54,143 nucleotides of DNA from contig JAKIWO010000004.1 in assembly GCA_022749995.1 (NCBI GenBank), positions 1 through 54,143 on the forward strand. The letters run 5' to 3'. A model generated the notes under the pieces. That model was given only the letters and a program-made list of their open reading frames with translations. It did no database searches and was not told where the DNA came from. Shown in pieces: positions 45,901 to 54,143 of this stretch. Numbering within the stretch: position 1 is the first letter of the stretch; each line of letters begins with the position of its first letter. The stretch comes from Thermoplasmata archaeon. Its GTDB lineage: Archaea > Thermoplasmatota > Thermoplasmata > Lutacidiplasmatales > UBA184. A program made the translations under genes and the position numbers.

Positions 45901-46743
45901 GTGGAGCCTACGGGTGGGTCCTCTACCCGGGTCTTGCTAGGGTCATCGACCTGGGTGGGCGCGGCGTTCTCCAGCCTCGCCATGCGCCTTCGGCTGCGCC
46001 TCGACGGGATCTTCCACCGGCCCCCTCGCGACCGGCCGGTATCCACCAATGTGGAGGGGGAGCTCTTCCAGCTCCTGGGCGATTCCCCCGAAGTACGCCG
46101 GGCCTGGTCCGAGTCGCACGTGATAGGCCTGGAGCAGCGGATCTCCGCGCGGCTTCGCGGCACGCTCCGATTTTCACGGGCTCCGGCGCCGGTCGCGGAA
46201 CCTTCCGGTCCGTGGCTTGAGATGCTCCGACTGATCTACACCGTGGTGCGCGTGCGCCGTCCCGAGCGAGTGATCGAGACGGGCGTGGGCCCGGTCGGTT
46301 CCTCGAGCGCATTCATCCTGGAGGCGATGCGCGCCAACGGCCGGGGCCACCTCTGGTCGCTCGACGCCGGGCGGTACACCGCGCTCTATGGGATCGAACC
46401 CGGCCTCGGGATTCCCGAGGAGCTACGGTCCCGGCACAGTCTCATTATCGGGGAGTCGCGCAAGTGCCTCCCCCAGCTGCTCGAACGGTGCGGTCCGGTG
46501 GAGATGTTCCTGCACGACTCCGACCACTCGCACTCCAACATGCGGTTCGAGTTCGACTCGGTATGGCCCCGGCTGCCGCCCGGGGGCATCCTCCTCTGCG
46601 ACGACGCCAACAACGACTCCCTCGACCGGTTCTCCCGCTCGGTGAACCTCGAGCCGGCGTTCCTTCTCTATGGGTCAACCCCGTTCGGGGTGCTCCAGAA
46701 ACCCGCCACGGCGGGTTCCCTCACGGTCCCGCTAGGCTCCTGA
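45901..46743 (+). CDS. Class I SAM-dependent methyltransferase (Methyltransf_24-like)
   Basis: RPERVIETGVG..GSSS..IL, GHLWSLD, MFLHDSDHS..NMRFEF, LPPGGILLCDD; start uncertain. Confidence 0.85.
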   Translation: MEPTGGSSTRVLLGSSTWVGAAFSSLAMRLRLRLDGIFHRPPRDRPVSTNVEGELFQLLGDSPEVRRAWSESHVIGLEQRISARLRGTLRFSRAPAPVAEPSGPWLEMLRLIYTVVRVRRPERVIETGVGPVGSSSAFILEAMRANGRGHLWSLDAGRYTALYGIEPGLGIPEELRSRHSLIIGESRKCLPQLLERCGPVEMFLHDSDHSHSNMRFEFDSVWPRLPPGGILLCDDANNDSLDRFSRSVNLEPAFLLYGSTPFGVLQKPATAGSLTVPLGS

Positions 46744-46791
46744 GCGCACGAACACGCGGCCGGGCGGTCGGGGGAAGTCCGCGCGGACCGG

Positions 46792-47766
46792 CTACGGCGC
46801 CTGGGCCGTCGACTCGGTGAGGTGGGGGGCCGCGGGAGCCATCGGGTGCCAGTGCAGTTCCTTCGTCCCGTCCACCGGCTCCCAATCGAAGGATCCGCCC
46901 ACGGAGACCAGCGCACCGCTCGCCGCGAGGGTGCGCACGACCGTCTCGCCCGAGAGGAATAGGATCACGCTCGAGCGGGGGACCTCCCCGTTGGCGAGGG
47001 TTCGACCCAACGCCCGGATGACTACCGCGGCCCGCGCGGTGGAGGGGGACGCCGCGTAGCCCCGACGGGCGTGGCTGGCGAGCGAACGGACGTACCGCAC
47101 CTGCTGGCGGATCCATTCCCGGAGCGTGGAGGGAGGCGCATTGCGGACCAGCCCGTCCGGCACGTACTCGGCAGTGAGGCCGGACGCCTCGACGAGCTCC
47201 TGGAGCATCACATCCTCGAGACCCGCATCCCGCGGAAGCGGGACATCGACGCGCCGGAACAGCTGGAAAACTGTCGTCTTGGGCGCGAGGGAGGAGACCT
47301 GGTGGTGAATCTCAACGTATGCAGCGTGCAGTTGGTTGACGATCCGGCTACGGCCCGGAACGAATCCCAGGCGTGGGCTCGCGATTCCGACCGCCGGGTT
47401 GCGCAGACACGCGAGGAGCTTTTCCACAGTACCGGGGAGGACCTGGATGTCGGCGTCGGCCCGGAGCAGCAGCGGGGCGCGCGCCAGGGCCATGAGCCGA
47501 GCCAGTGCCTCGAGTAGTCCGTCGCGGCGGCCCACGTCGACCACCCGCATGGTCGGGATCACGCTGGCGAGTTCCCGAGCGATTTCCGGAGTGCGGTCGG
47601 TCGAGCCGGAGACGTCCACCAGGAACTCGGCGCGGACCGGGATCGAGGCGCATTCTGCCCGGAGGAATTCGACCAGCAGACGAAGGTTGCGCTCCTCGTT
47701 GTACGCCGGGATGAGTATGGACAGCTCCGGTCTACTATCCATCTCATTAGTAATGTCCGTTCGCAT
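46792..47766 (-). CDS. Glycosyltransferase family 2
   Basis: SILIPAYNEE, SGSTDRT, DAD, ED and QQVRY (QxxRW-like); alternative start at 47742. Confidence 0.88.
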   Translation of the reverse strand: MRTDITNEMDSRPELSILIPAYNEERNLRLLVEFLRAECASIPVRAEFLVDVSGSTDRTPEIARELASVIPTMRVVDVGRRDGLLEALARLMALARAPLLLRADADIQVLPGTVEKLLACLRNPAVGIASPRLGFVPGRSRIVNQLHAAYVEIHHQVSSLAPKTTVFQLFRRVDVPLPRDAGLEDVMLQELVEASGLTAEYVPDGLVRNAPPSTLREWIRQQVRYVRSLASHARRGYAASPSTARAAVVIRALGRTLANGEVPRSSVILFLSGETVVRTLAASGALVSVGGSFDWEPVDGTKELHWHPMAPAAPHLTESTAQAP

Positions 47767-47959
47767 CGTGTGCCTACCCGGCGCTAGCGGCGAGAGCCTG
47801 GTCCCGCCACCGTATTGCTGGGCTGGAGCGGGTATAAGACCCTCATGGTACGTTCGCACCCGGCAGCGCTCCTCCGGAAGGTCGTCCGCGAAGGAACCCG
47901 ACAGCTACGCCAGCCGTCGGGGATGGTGCCCAACACGGGAACGGGTTGGTCGCAGTGCG

Positions 47960-48358
47960 CTAGCAGCAGCCGCCGGAGCCGCAGCCCCCGCCGCCTTCTC
48001 GCGGGGTCTCCGCCAGAAGGGGGGCCACGATCTTGAAACCGGACTCGTCCAGGTTCTGGACGTAGTCGATGGTCGCTCCGTCCAGCGCCCCGAGCACGCT
48101 CGAGTCCACGACGACGTTGAATCCGTCCACGGGGATCACTTCGTCCCCGCTGCGCGCACGGTCGAACGCCATCCCGAAGCTCGTGCCGCCCCCGCCCCCT
48201 CCGCTGCCGCACCCGCAGCTGCCGCCGCCCGACCCGCAGCCCCCTCCCGAGGAGGGGGACTGCAAGTAGACGCGGACCGCGGTGCCGGGCTTCTGGGAAC
48301 GAATGAGCTGCTCGACCTGGGTTCGTGCTTCCTGTGTGACTTCCAACTTTACCGTCAT
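47960..48358 (-). CDS. HesB/IscA-like protein with a Gly/Cys-rich insertion and tail
   Basis: VTQEA...VRVYL...FGMAFD...GDEV...VVVD...LDGATIDYV...SGFKI; GGGCGSGGGSCGCG insert and GGGGCGSGGCC end. Confidence 0.85.
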   Translation of the reverse strand: MTVKLEVTQEARTQVEQLIRSQKPGTAVRVYLQSPSSGGGCGSGGGSCGCGSGGGGGGTSFGMAFDRARSGDEVIPVDGFNVVVDSSVLGALDGATIDYVQNLDESGFKIVAPLLAETPREGGGGCGSGGCC

Positions 48359-48434
48359 GCCTGGGGCCCTCCTAGCGTGCCCCGACCGAGGACCGGCCCG
48401 CCTGTATTTAATGCCTGAGCGAGGCGTGCCGCGA

Positions 48435-48764
48435 CTAGGCCGAGAAGGACTTCCCGCAGGAGCAGGTCTCCTTGGCGTTGGGGTTGGCGATCTTGAAGCC
48501 GGAGTGGTCGAGCCCCATCAGGTAGTCCACCTGCACGCCCTCGAGGAGGGGAGCGCTCGCGTGGTCCACGACGACCGTGACCCCGCCGCCGTGGAAGGCG
48601 ACCTCGTCGCCGGTCTCCTGCTTGTCGAAGCTCATGCCGTAACTCAGGCCGGAGCAACCGCCCCCTTGGACGAACAGACGGAGCGCGTTGCCCGTCTTGC
48701 CCTGGCGCTCCATGATCTTGAGCACCTGCTCGACGGCGGGGGGCGTGACCTCGACGTGCACCAT
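48435..48764 (-). CDS. A-type Fe-S carrier (IscA/SufA/ErpA, HesB family)
   Basis: GGGCSGLSYGMSFD...VDY...GFKIANPNAKETCSCGKSF. Confidence 0.95.
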   Translation of the reverse strand: MVHVEVTPPAVEQVLKIMERQGKTGNALRLFVQGGGCSGLSYGMSFDKQETGDEVAFHGGGVTVVVDHASAPLLEGVQVDYLMGLDHSGFKIANPNAKETCSCGKSFSA

Positions 48765-48864
48765 GGGGGTTCCTCGAAGCAAGTACGGTCCCCTCGGCGG
48801 TTAACGGTTGCGTGAAGCCGGCGACACCCGCTTTTTTATCCTCGAGCCCACCTCGGAACAACGG

Positions 48865-49695
48865 ATGTGTCGGCTGTTTGGGCTCCTCGGTAGCCGAGGC
48901 AGCTCCGCCACCCCTTGGCTGACCGATACCCACGAGTCGCTGCTCGCCCAGTCGAACGCACGCCCGGACCAGCTCCAGTCGGATGGCTGGGGGCTGGCCT
49001 GGTACGAGAAGACCCGCACCCCGCACGTGGAAAAGGGGGTCCGGGGCGCCTTCGATCCCGAGGAGAGCGATCGGTTCCGCTCGGCGGCCCAGCGGGCACG
49101 GGGACCCGTGGTCGTCGGGCATCTGCGCAAGGCGAGCAACCCGATGCACCTGCCGCACTCCATGCTCATTGCGATGGAGAACGTCCAGCCGTTCAGCCAC
49201 GGCAGCTACCTGTTCGCCCACAACGGCGAGATCAGCCTGCCCCGGGAGACCCGACCCCGGCTCGGCAAGTTCGAATCGAACCTCAAAGGGGTCAACGACA
49301 GCGAGGTGCTCTTCTGGCTGTTCGCCAAGCATGTCGAGGCGGCGGGCGACCCGCTTGCCGCCTACGGTCGGGCGCGCACCGAGCTCCAGGAGGTCTGGGA
49401 GGTGGCCGAGCCCCGGGTCGACCGCCCGTACTCTGGCCTCAACTTCCTGTTCTCCCGCGGCCCCAACGAGCTCTGGGCGTTCTGCAGCTCTCTGGGTGAC
49501 CATGGCTCGAGCCTGACCGACCCGAACCGACCGTACTACGAGATGGCCTACCGCACCGACACCCGCGAGCTCATCGTCGGGAGCGAGCCGTTCGACCGGA
49601 GCCTGACCGACTGGCGCACCCTCTCCAACGGGCAGTACCTAGTCGGCCGCGCCGACCACGGGCTCGTGGGCATCGAGACCGGCCCGCTGCCCTAG
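48865..49695 (+). CDS. Class II glutamine amidotransferase (YafJ/EgtC-like)
   Basis: N-terminal MCRLFG nucleophile Cys, DGWGLAWY, GHLRKAS, ENVQPF, FAHNG, NDSE, SEP. Confidence 0.9.
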   Translation: MCRLFGLLGSRGSSATPWLTDTHESLLAQSNARPDQLQSDGWGLAWYEKTRTPHVEKGVRGAFDPEESDRFRSAAQRARGPVVVGHLRKASNPMHLPHSMLIAMENVQPFSHGSYLFAHNGEISLPRETRPRLGKFESNLKGVNDSEVLFWLFAKHVEAAGDPLAAYGRARTELQEVWEVAEPRVDRPYSGLNFLFSRGPNELWAFCSSLGDHGSSLTDPNRPYYEMAYRTDTRELIVGSEPFDRSLTDWRTLSNGQYLVGRADHGLVGIETGPLP

Positions 49696-49738
49696 CGCTC
49701 CGAAAGGCGCCTTAAACCCCCGGGTGCTCGGGGCGGCC

Positions 49739-50008
49739 GTGGCGACCGTCGACCTGGACGGGATGCTCCGGGAGTTCGTCCCCCGCCGGCACCTCGAGAC
49801 GACCGCCCCCACGCTGGGGGCAATGCTCGAGGAGCTCGAGGGGAAGTACCCCCGCCTGCGCGGCAAGCTGCGCGACGAGACCGGCACGCTCCGGCCGTTC
49901 GTAAAGCTGTTCCGCAATGGGACCGAGGTGGGCCGCGCCGGTTGGGAAGCGGAGCCCCTCGGGACGAGCGATGTGGTCGACGTGCTCCACTCAATCCAAG
50001 GGGGATAA
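49739..50008 (+). CDS. MoaD/ThiS-family ubiquitin-like protein (SAMP-like)
   Basis: TLGAMLEELEGKYPRL...DETGTLRPFVKLFRNG...DVVDVLHSIQGG with C-terminal diglycine; CTTAAA ~25 nt upstream of the GTG. Confidence 0.9.
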   Translation: MATVDLDGMLREFVPRRHLETTAPTLGAMLEELEGKYPRLRGKLRDETGTLRPFVKLFRNGTEVGRAGWEAEPLGTSDVVDVLHSIQGG

Positions 50009-50014
50009 CCGACG

Positions 50015-51148
50015 ATGGCGAAGCGGGCAGTGAGGGTGTATGTGGGAACGCGCAAGGGCAGCTACGTGGCCGAGAGCGACCTGGCCCGGAAGAAGTGGAA
50101 GGTCCGAGGACCGTACCACGCCGGCAGCGACGTCTTCCACGTGATGCCCGACCCGAGGCACGACGGGGTCGTCTACTCGGCCGTGAACTCGGTCTTCTGG
50201 GGCCCGATGCTCTACCGGAGCTCCGACCACGGGAAGAAGTGGAAGGAGATCCCAACCCCCCAGATGGGCAAGAAGGCGGACCGCCCGCCCCCGAGCTTTG
50301 ATGTCGACCCCCGCACGATCGTCCGGCCGATCGTGAACCTCTGGCACATCGAGCCGGGGGTGGAGCGCGAACCCTCGACGGTGTGGGTGGGCGTCGACCC
50401 CGCGAGCCTCTACCGCTCCGATGACTCCGGCAAGAGCTGGACCGCGATGAACGGGATCAACGAGCATGCGACCCGCGCCAAGTGGAACCCCGGCGCGGGC
50501 GGGCTCTGCCTGCACTCGATCCTGGTCGACCCGCGGATCCCTGGCCGCATGTACATCGGGATTTCCGCGGCCGGGACGTTCCGTTCCGACGACTCGGGCG
50601 AGCACTGGCGGCCCGCGAACAAGGGGGTGCGCGTGAGCTTCTCCCCGGACCACTACCCGGAGTTTGGCCAGTGCGTGCACAAGATCTCGCTGGACGCGGC
50701 CAACCCCTCGACGATCTACCGGCAGGACCACGACGGCATCTACGTGAGCCACGACGCGATGGACTCCTGGAAGAGGGTCGGAAGGCCGTTGCCGTACGAC
50801 TTCGGGTTCGTCGTCACCTCCCCTGCGAGCCGGCCCGGGACCGCGTACTTCGCGCCGCTGCTGCCGATGGAGCGGATGATGGACCAGAACAGCCTGCAGG
50901 TGTACCGCTGGACCGAGAAGGGCAGGAGCTGGACGTCGCTGCTCAAGCCCGGAGCCTTCCCTGGAAGCTACGGGACCCATCGCGAGGGGATGGCCACCGA
51001 CTCGATGGACCCGCCGGGCATCTATCTCGGCACCAACACCGGGGATGTGTTCCTGTCCCCTGACGAGGGCCGACACTGGAGCGCGCTGCCCTACCGGTTC
51101 CCGCCGATCCACTCGGTCGAGGTCAGCCTCTCTCCGCCGGCGGCCTAG
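50015..51148 (+). CDS. BNR/Asp-box beta-propeller (sialidase-like) protein
   Basis: VGTRKG; Asp boxes SSDHGKKW, SDDSGKSW, SDDSGEHW, SPDEGRHW; WNPGAGGLCLHSI, EFGQCVHK; no signal peptide. Confidence 0.88.
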   Translation: MAKRAVRVYVGTRKGSYVAESDLARKKWKVRGPYHAGSDVFHVMPDPRHDGVVYSAVNSVFWGPMLYRSSDHGKKWKEIPTPQMGKKADRPPPSFDVDPRTIVRPIVNLWHIEPGVEREPSTVWVGVDPASLYRSDDSGKSWTAMNGINEHATRAKWNPGAGGLCLHSILVDPRIPGRMYIGISAAGTFRSDDSGEHWRPANKGVRVSFSPDHYPEFGQCVHKISLDAANPSTIYRQDHDGIYVSHDAMDSWKRVGRPLPYDFGFVVTSPASRPGTAYFAPLLPMERMMDQNSLQVYRWTEKGRSWTSLLKPGAFPGSYGTHREGMATDSMDPPGIYLGTNTGDVFLSPDEGRHWSALPYRFPPIHSVEVSLSPPAA

Positions 51149-51160
51149 GTCGGGGTCCGG

Positions 51161-51856
51161 GTGACCTTCGCGCCGGCCCGGCAGCTCCTGTCGGGGCCGG
51201 ACGTGGGGGGCGGCTACCTACTGCAGCTCAGTCAGGACCGGGAGCCGGAGGTGCCGGGGTTCACCTACCACCTCCAAGAGGGGGGTATCGACGCGGCCGC
51301 ACCCCCTGCGGACTCGGTCGAGTGGCTCGGCTTCGCCCGGTCCGACCGGCCGTGCATGTTCGGCGGGAACCGCTGCTGGGAGCGCCACTTCCCCCAGGCT
51401 ACGGAGCCAGCGAACGCGCTCCGCAACCGGTACAACCGGTTCCGGTTCGTGTTGGGACCGCTGCTCGAACAGCGGGCGGGACACAAGCCGGTGCCGTTGG
51501 TCGCCGGTCTCAAGTCCCTGCTCCAGCGGATCGCGGCGCCCCTCGAAGCGGACCGGATCCCATGGGAGCTCGAGGGGCCGTCGGCGGCGTGGGTCCGAGG
51601 GTCGGGACCGGCTTCGATGCTGGTCGAGATCGGCACCACCGGGGAGGGATGCGTTCGACTCGGTCTCCTCCTGGCCGATTCCGAGATCTGGCCGGTGGCG
51701 CCGGGCGGCCGACCGCCCCACCGGTCCGAAGGGGCGGCCTTTCTCGGAACCTTCGTGGACGGGCTGCTCGTGCGCTGGTCGGAGTATGGAGTGAGTACAA
51801 CCCGGCCGGAGCGCGCGAGCTGGGAAGGGTTCACGGTGCCACTCTCACCACGCTGA
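51161..51856 (+). CDS. Hypothetical protein with a degenerate nucleotidyltransferase-like C-terminal domain
   Basis: IPWELEGPSAAWVRG....LVEIGTT resembles the G(S/G)xA...G...DxD signature with the Asp residues lost. Confidence 0.55.
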   Translation: MTFAPARQLLSGPDVGGGYLLQLSQDREPEVPGFTYHLQEGGIDAAAPPADSVEWLGFARSDRPCMFGGNRCWERHFPQATEPANALRNRYNRFRFVLGPLLEQRAGHKPVPLVAGLKSLLQRIAAPLEADRIPWELEGPSAAWVRGSGPASMLVEIGTTGEGCVRLGLLLADSEIWPVAPGGRPPHRSEGAAFLGTFVDGLLVRWSEYGVSTTRPERASWEGFTVPLSPR

Positions 51857-51956
51857 CGCGCGCACGGTCGGCCGGCGACCGCCGGCGGATCGGGAGGCTC
51901 GCGCATCGACCGCTCCAAGCGCAGCTTCTTAGCCTAGGCGCGTCGCCGACTGGCCG

Positions 51957-52718
51957 ATGAGCGCTCTATCGCTCCAGCTGGCACCGCCCGAGCATCTGTC
52001 GCCCCACGACCTCGTCACCTACTTCCGCTGCCCCTTCGAGATGGAGGTCGAGCACCTCCGCCGTCACGCTCCGGGTGCGGCCGTCCAGCCGCGGACCCCG
52101 TCCGACGTCGTTCCGCTCCGCCACTCGGCGCTGGCGGCTCCACCGGGGGCGCACCTGCCGGTGCAGGACGGCCGTCTCGACGTCTTCCCCCACGATCGGC
52201 TCGTCTACGAGGACACCGAGGAGGAGGGGCTGCCGATCTTGTTTGCCGACGAGCAGGTCGTACCGGAGCCCCGGCTCCACGCGCACGGCCTCACCCTCGT
52301 GGACAACGAGCTCAACCTGAGCGGCCGGCCGGACCTCGTCATCCGACGCGGCGACGGAGCGCTCGTCCCGGTCGAGTACAAGGCGACGCACCCGTTCCAC
52401 GGGTTGCGCGAGACGCATGGGCGGGTGTTCGATGTCATCCAGCTGTTCCTCGAGTGTCGCCTGGTCGAGGCGGCGACCGGGACTCGGCCCCGATCGGGTG
52501 TGCTGTTCTACGGAGACCAGGCCGGGGACGGAGCGCACGAGGGATTCGTGGAGATCCCGTACGGGAACGAGGGGGACCAGTGGGTCCGCCAGGCGGTCCA
52601 GCTGGTCCGAGCCGATGCCGTCCGCGCGCCGGTGCCGGCCGAGACGAACTGCGGGCACTGCGGCGTGCACCGGGACGGGCTCTGCCGCTTCGCCGTCGGC
52701 CCGGTGCTCTCCGGGTAG
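51957..52718 (+). CDS. Solo Cas4-like PD-(D/E)XK nuclease with four Fe-S-type cysteines
   Basis: SPHDLVTYFRCP...LSGRPDL...PVEYK...QL..E..LVE...CGHC...C. Confidence 0.82.
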   Translation: MSALSLQLAPPEHLSPHDLVTYFRCPFEMEVEHLRRHAPGAAVQPRTPSDVVPLRHSALAAPPGAHLPVQDGRLDVFPHDRLVYEDTEEEGLPILFADEQVVPEPRLHAHGLTLVDNELNLSGRPDLVIRRGDGALVPVEYKATHPFHGLRETHGRVFDVIQLFLECRLVEAATGTRPRSGVLFYGDQAGDGAHEGFVEIPYGNEGDQWVRQAVQLVRADAVRAPVPAETNCGHCGVHRDGLCRFAVGPVLSG

Positions 52719-52766
52719 GCTCCGGGCCGCGGCCCGGGCTGCCCCCATGAGCCGGGCTCGCAGGGG

Positions 52767-52774
52767 TTAAATAT
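52767..52774 (+). promoter_or_regulatory. TATA box of the 23S rRNA gene
   Basis: TTAAATAT in a GC-rich background, ~165 nt upstream of the estimated mature 23S start, followed by a structured leader. Confidence 0.7.
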
Positions 52775-52939
52775 CGACCCCCTCCTCCGCACGGCTCGCG
52801 TGCTCCCTGCCAGTGAGCGCGCGATTCGTGCACTCGTAGAGGCCGGGGCCTCTCCGGGGAAGGGCGGTGGCCCCCGCGGGAGCGGACGGCCGATGACGCC
52901 AATCACACGCGTTCTGGACGCTTGTCAAACGCCATCAGA

Positions 52940-54143
52940 GTAGCTGACTCCTGTCAGTTGGGGAATGGCTGGGCTCGGGCGCCGACGAAGGTCGTGCCAA
53001 GCTGCGATAAGCGGTGGGTAGGCGCAAGGAACCTGCGATCCACCGATTACCGAATCGGAACTCCGGACCCTTAGGGGTCATTCCGAAAGGAAAGGGAACC
53101 CCCCGAAGTAAAGCATTCTAGTAGGGGGAGGACAAGAAATCAACAGAGATGCCGTTAGTAAAGGCGATCGAACACGGCAGAGGACAAACCGAATCCCCGC
53201 CCGGTGAGGGCGGGGAGATGTGGAGTAGTGGACCTCCGCACTCGCGGGCTTCCGGAGCCGAACGCGCCTGGAATGGCGGACCATAGGGGGTGAAAGTCCC
53301 GTAGGCGAACGGAAGAGGCGAGACTGGAGGTATCCTGAGTACCGTGCGTTGGATATCGCGCGGGAAGCTGGGAGGTACAGACTTCCAATCCTAAATACGT
53401 CCCGAGACCGATAGCGCAATAGTAGTGCGAACGAACGCTGAAAAGTACCTCGGAAGGGAGGTGAAAAGAGCCTGAAACCAACTGATGACAAAGCCGCATG
53501 AGGTCCCTAAGGAACGAAGCGGGCGCAAGCCCGTGGACACAGGATCCATGCGTCCGTTTTGAATAACGGGCCAGGGAGTTTCGATCCATGGCAAGGCGAA
53601 GGCCCTCAACGGCCGGAGCCGCAGGGAAACCGACAGTCCGCAGCGCCGCAAGGCGTGAGGGACGGGGTGCGCTCGCCCGAAGTCATGGGTGGAAGACCCG
53701 AAGCCAATCGATCTAAGCGTGGGTAGGTTGAAGCCTGCCGAAAGGTAGGTGGAGGACCGAACCGGTGTTGATGTGCAAATCACTCGGATGACCTGTGCTT
53801 AGGGGTGAAAGGCCAATCTAGACTGGGAATAGCTGGTTCCTCTCGAAACTACTCGCAGGTAGGTCTCGGCCGAGCTGGCTCGGAAGGTAGAGCACCGATT
53901 ACGGGACCTGGGACCGAAAGGTCTCAGCCTGTTGTCGAACTCCGAACTTCCGTGCAGCGTAGACGCCGGGAGTGAGCGCTGCAGGGGTAAGCCCGCAGTA
54001 CGAAAGGGAATGCAACCCAGCCTCGCATTAAGGGCCCCAAGTGCCGGTTCAGTGTTATGCAAAGGGCGTCCGTGTTCGAAGACAACTGGGAGGTGGGCTC
54101 AGAAGCAGCCATCCTTCAAAGAGTGCGTAACAGCTCACCAGTC
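52940..54143 (+). rRNA. 23S rRNA, 5' portion (5' end approximate; continues beyond the window)
   Basis: Conserved LSU motifs GCCGACGAAGGTCGTGCCAAGCTGCGATAAGC, GACCGATAGCG, GGGGTGAAAGGCCAATC, GGCTCAGAAGCAGCCATC, GAGTGCGTAACAGCTCAC. Confidence 0.97.

Noticed and set aside
47960-48358. Selenocysteine or pyrrolysine recoding (HesB-like protein, frequent TAG stops)
   Set aside because: No in-frame TGA in the HesB-like gene; the TAG stops fall at expected protein ends and no recoding machinery is present in the window.
51957-52940. Possible CRISPR-Cas locus around the Cas4-like gene
   Set aside because: No repeat-spacer array and no cas1, cas2 or effector genes were seen in the window.
53078-54112. 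Minus-strand ORFs within the last 1.1 kb
   Set aside because: Antisense to 23S rRNA; typical spurious rRNA-derived ORFs.

Overview
High-GC archaeal chromosomal segment, most consistent with a Thermoplasmata-type archaeon (archaeal rpoE1-spt4-DUF359-rps24e-rps27ae operon, archaeal-type ProRS and type II GAPDH, DUF373, and a 23S rRNA gene with its own promoter and no upstream 16S). It holds about 53 protein genes: housekeeping genes (proS, gdhA, thiL, acyl-CoA dehydrogenase, gap), two large secreted beta-propeller proteins, an ammonium transporter, a three-gene proton-translocating transhydrogenase, a GT-C/GT2 surface-glycan locus, two HesB/IscA proteins, a ubiquitin-like protein plus BNR propeller pair and a solo Cas4-like nuclease. 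RNA genes are tRNA-Arg(CCG), tRNA-Asn(GTT), tRNA-Ile2(CAT) and the 5' part of 23S rRNA. The most striking observations are (1) three different toxin-antitoxin modules stacked behind tRNA-Arg and separated by ~20-bp copies of the tRNA 3' end with no integrase in the window, (2) a 29-nt intron in the T-loop (59/60) of tRNA-Asn with a relaxed bulge-helix-bulge, and (3) apparent CTG initiation of thiL and of the HEPN toxin. All product calls come from motif recognition by eye; no database searches were run, and many start codons are best estimates.
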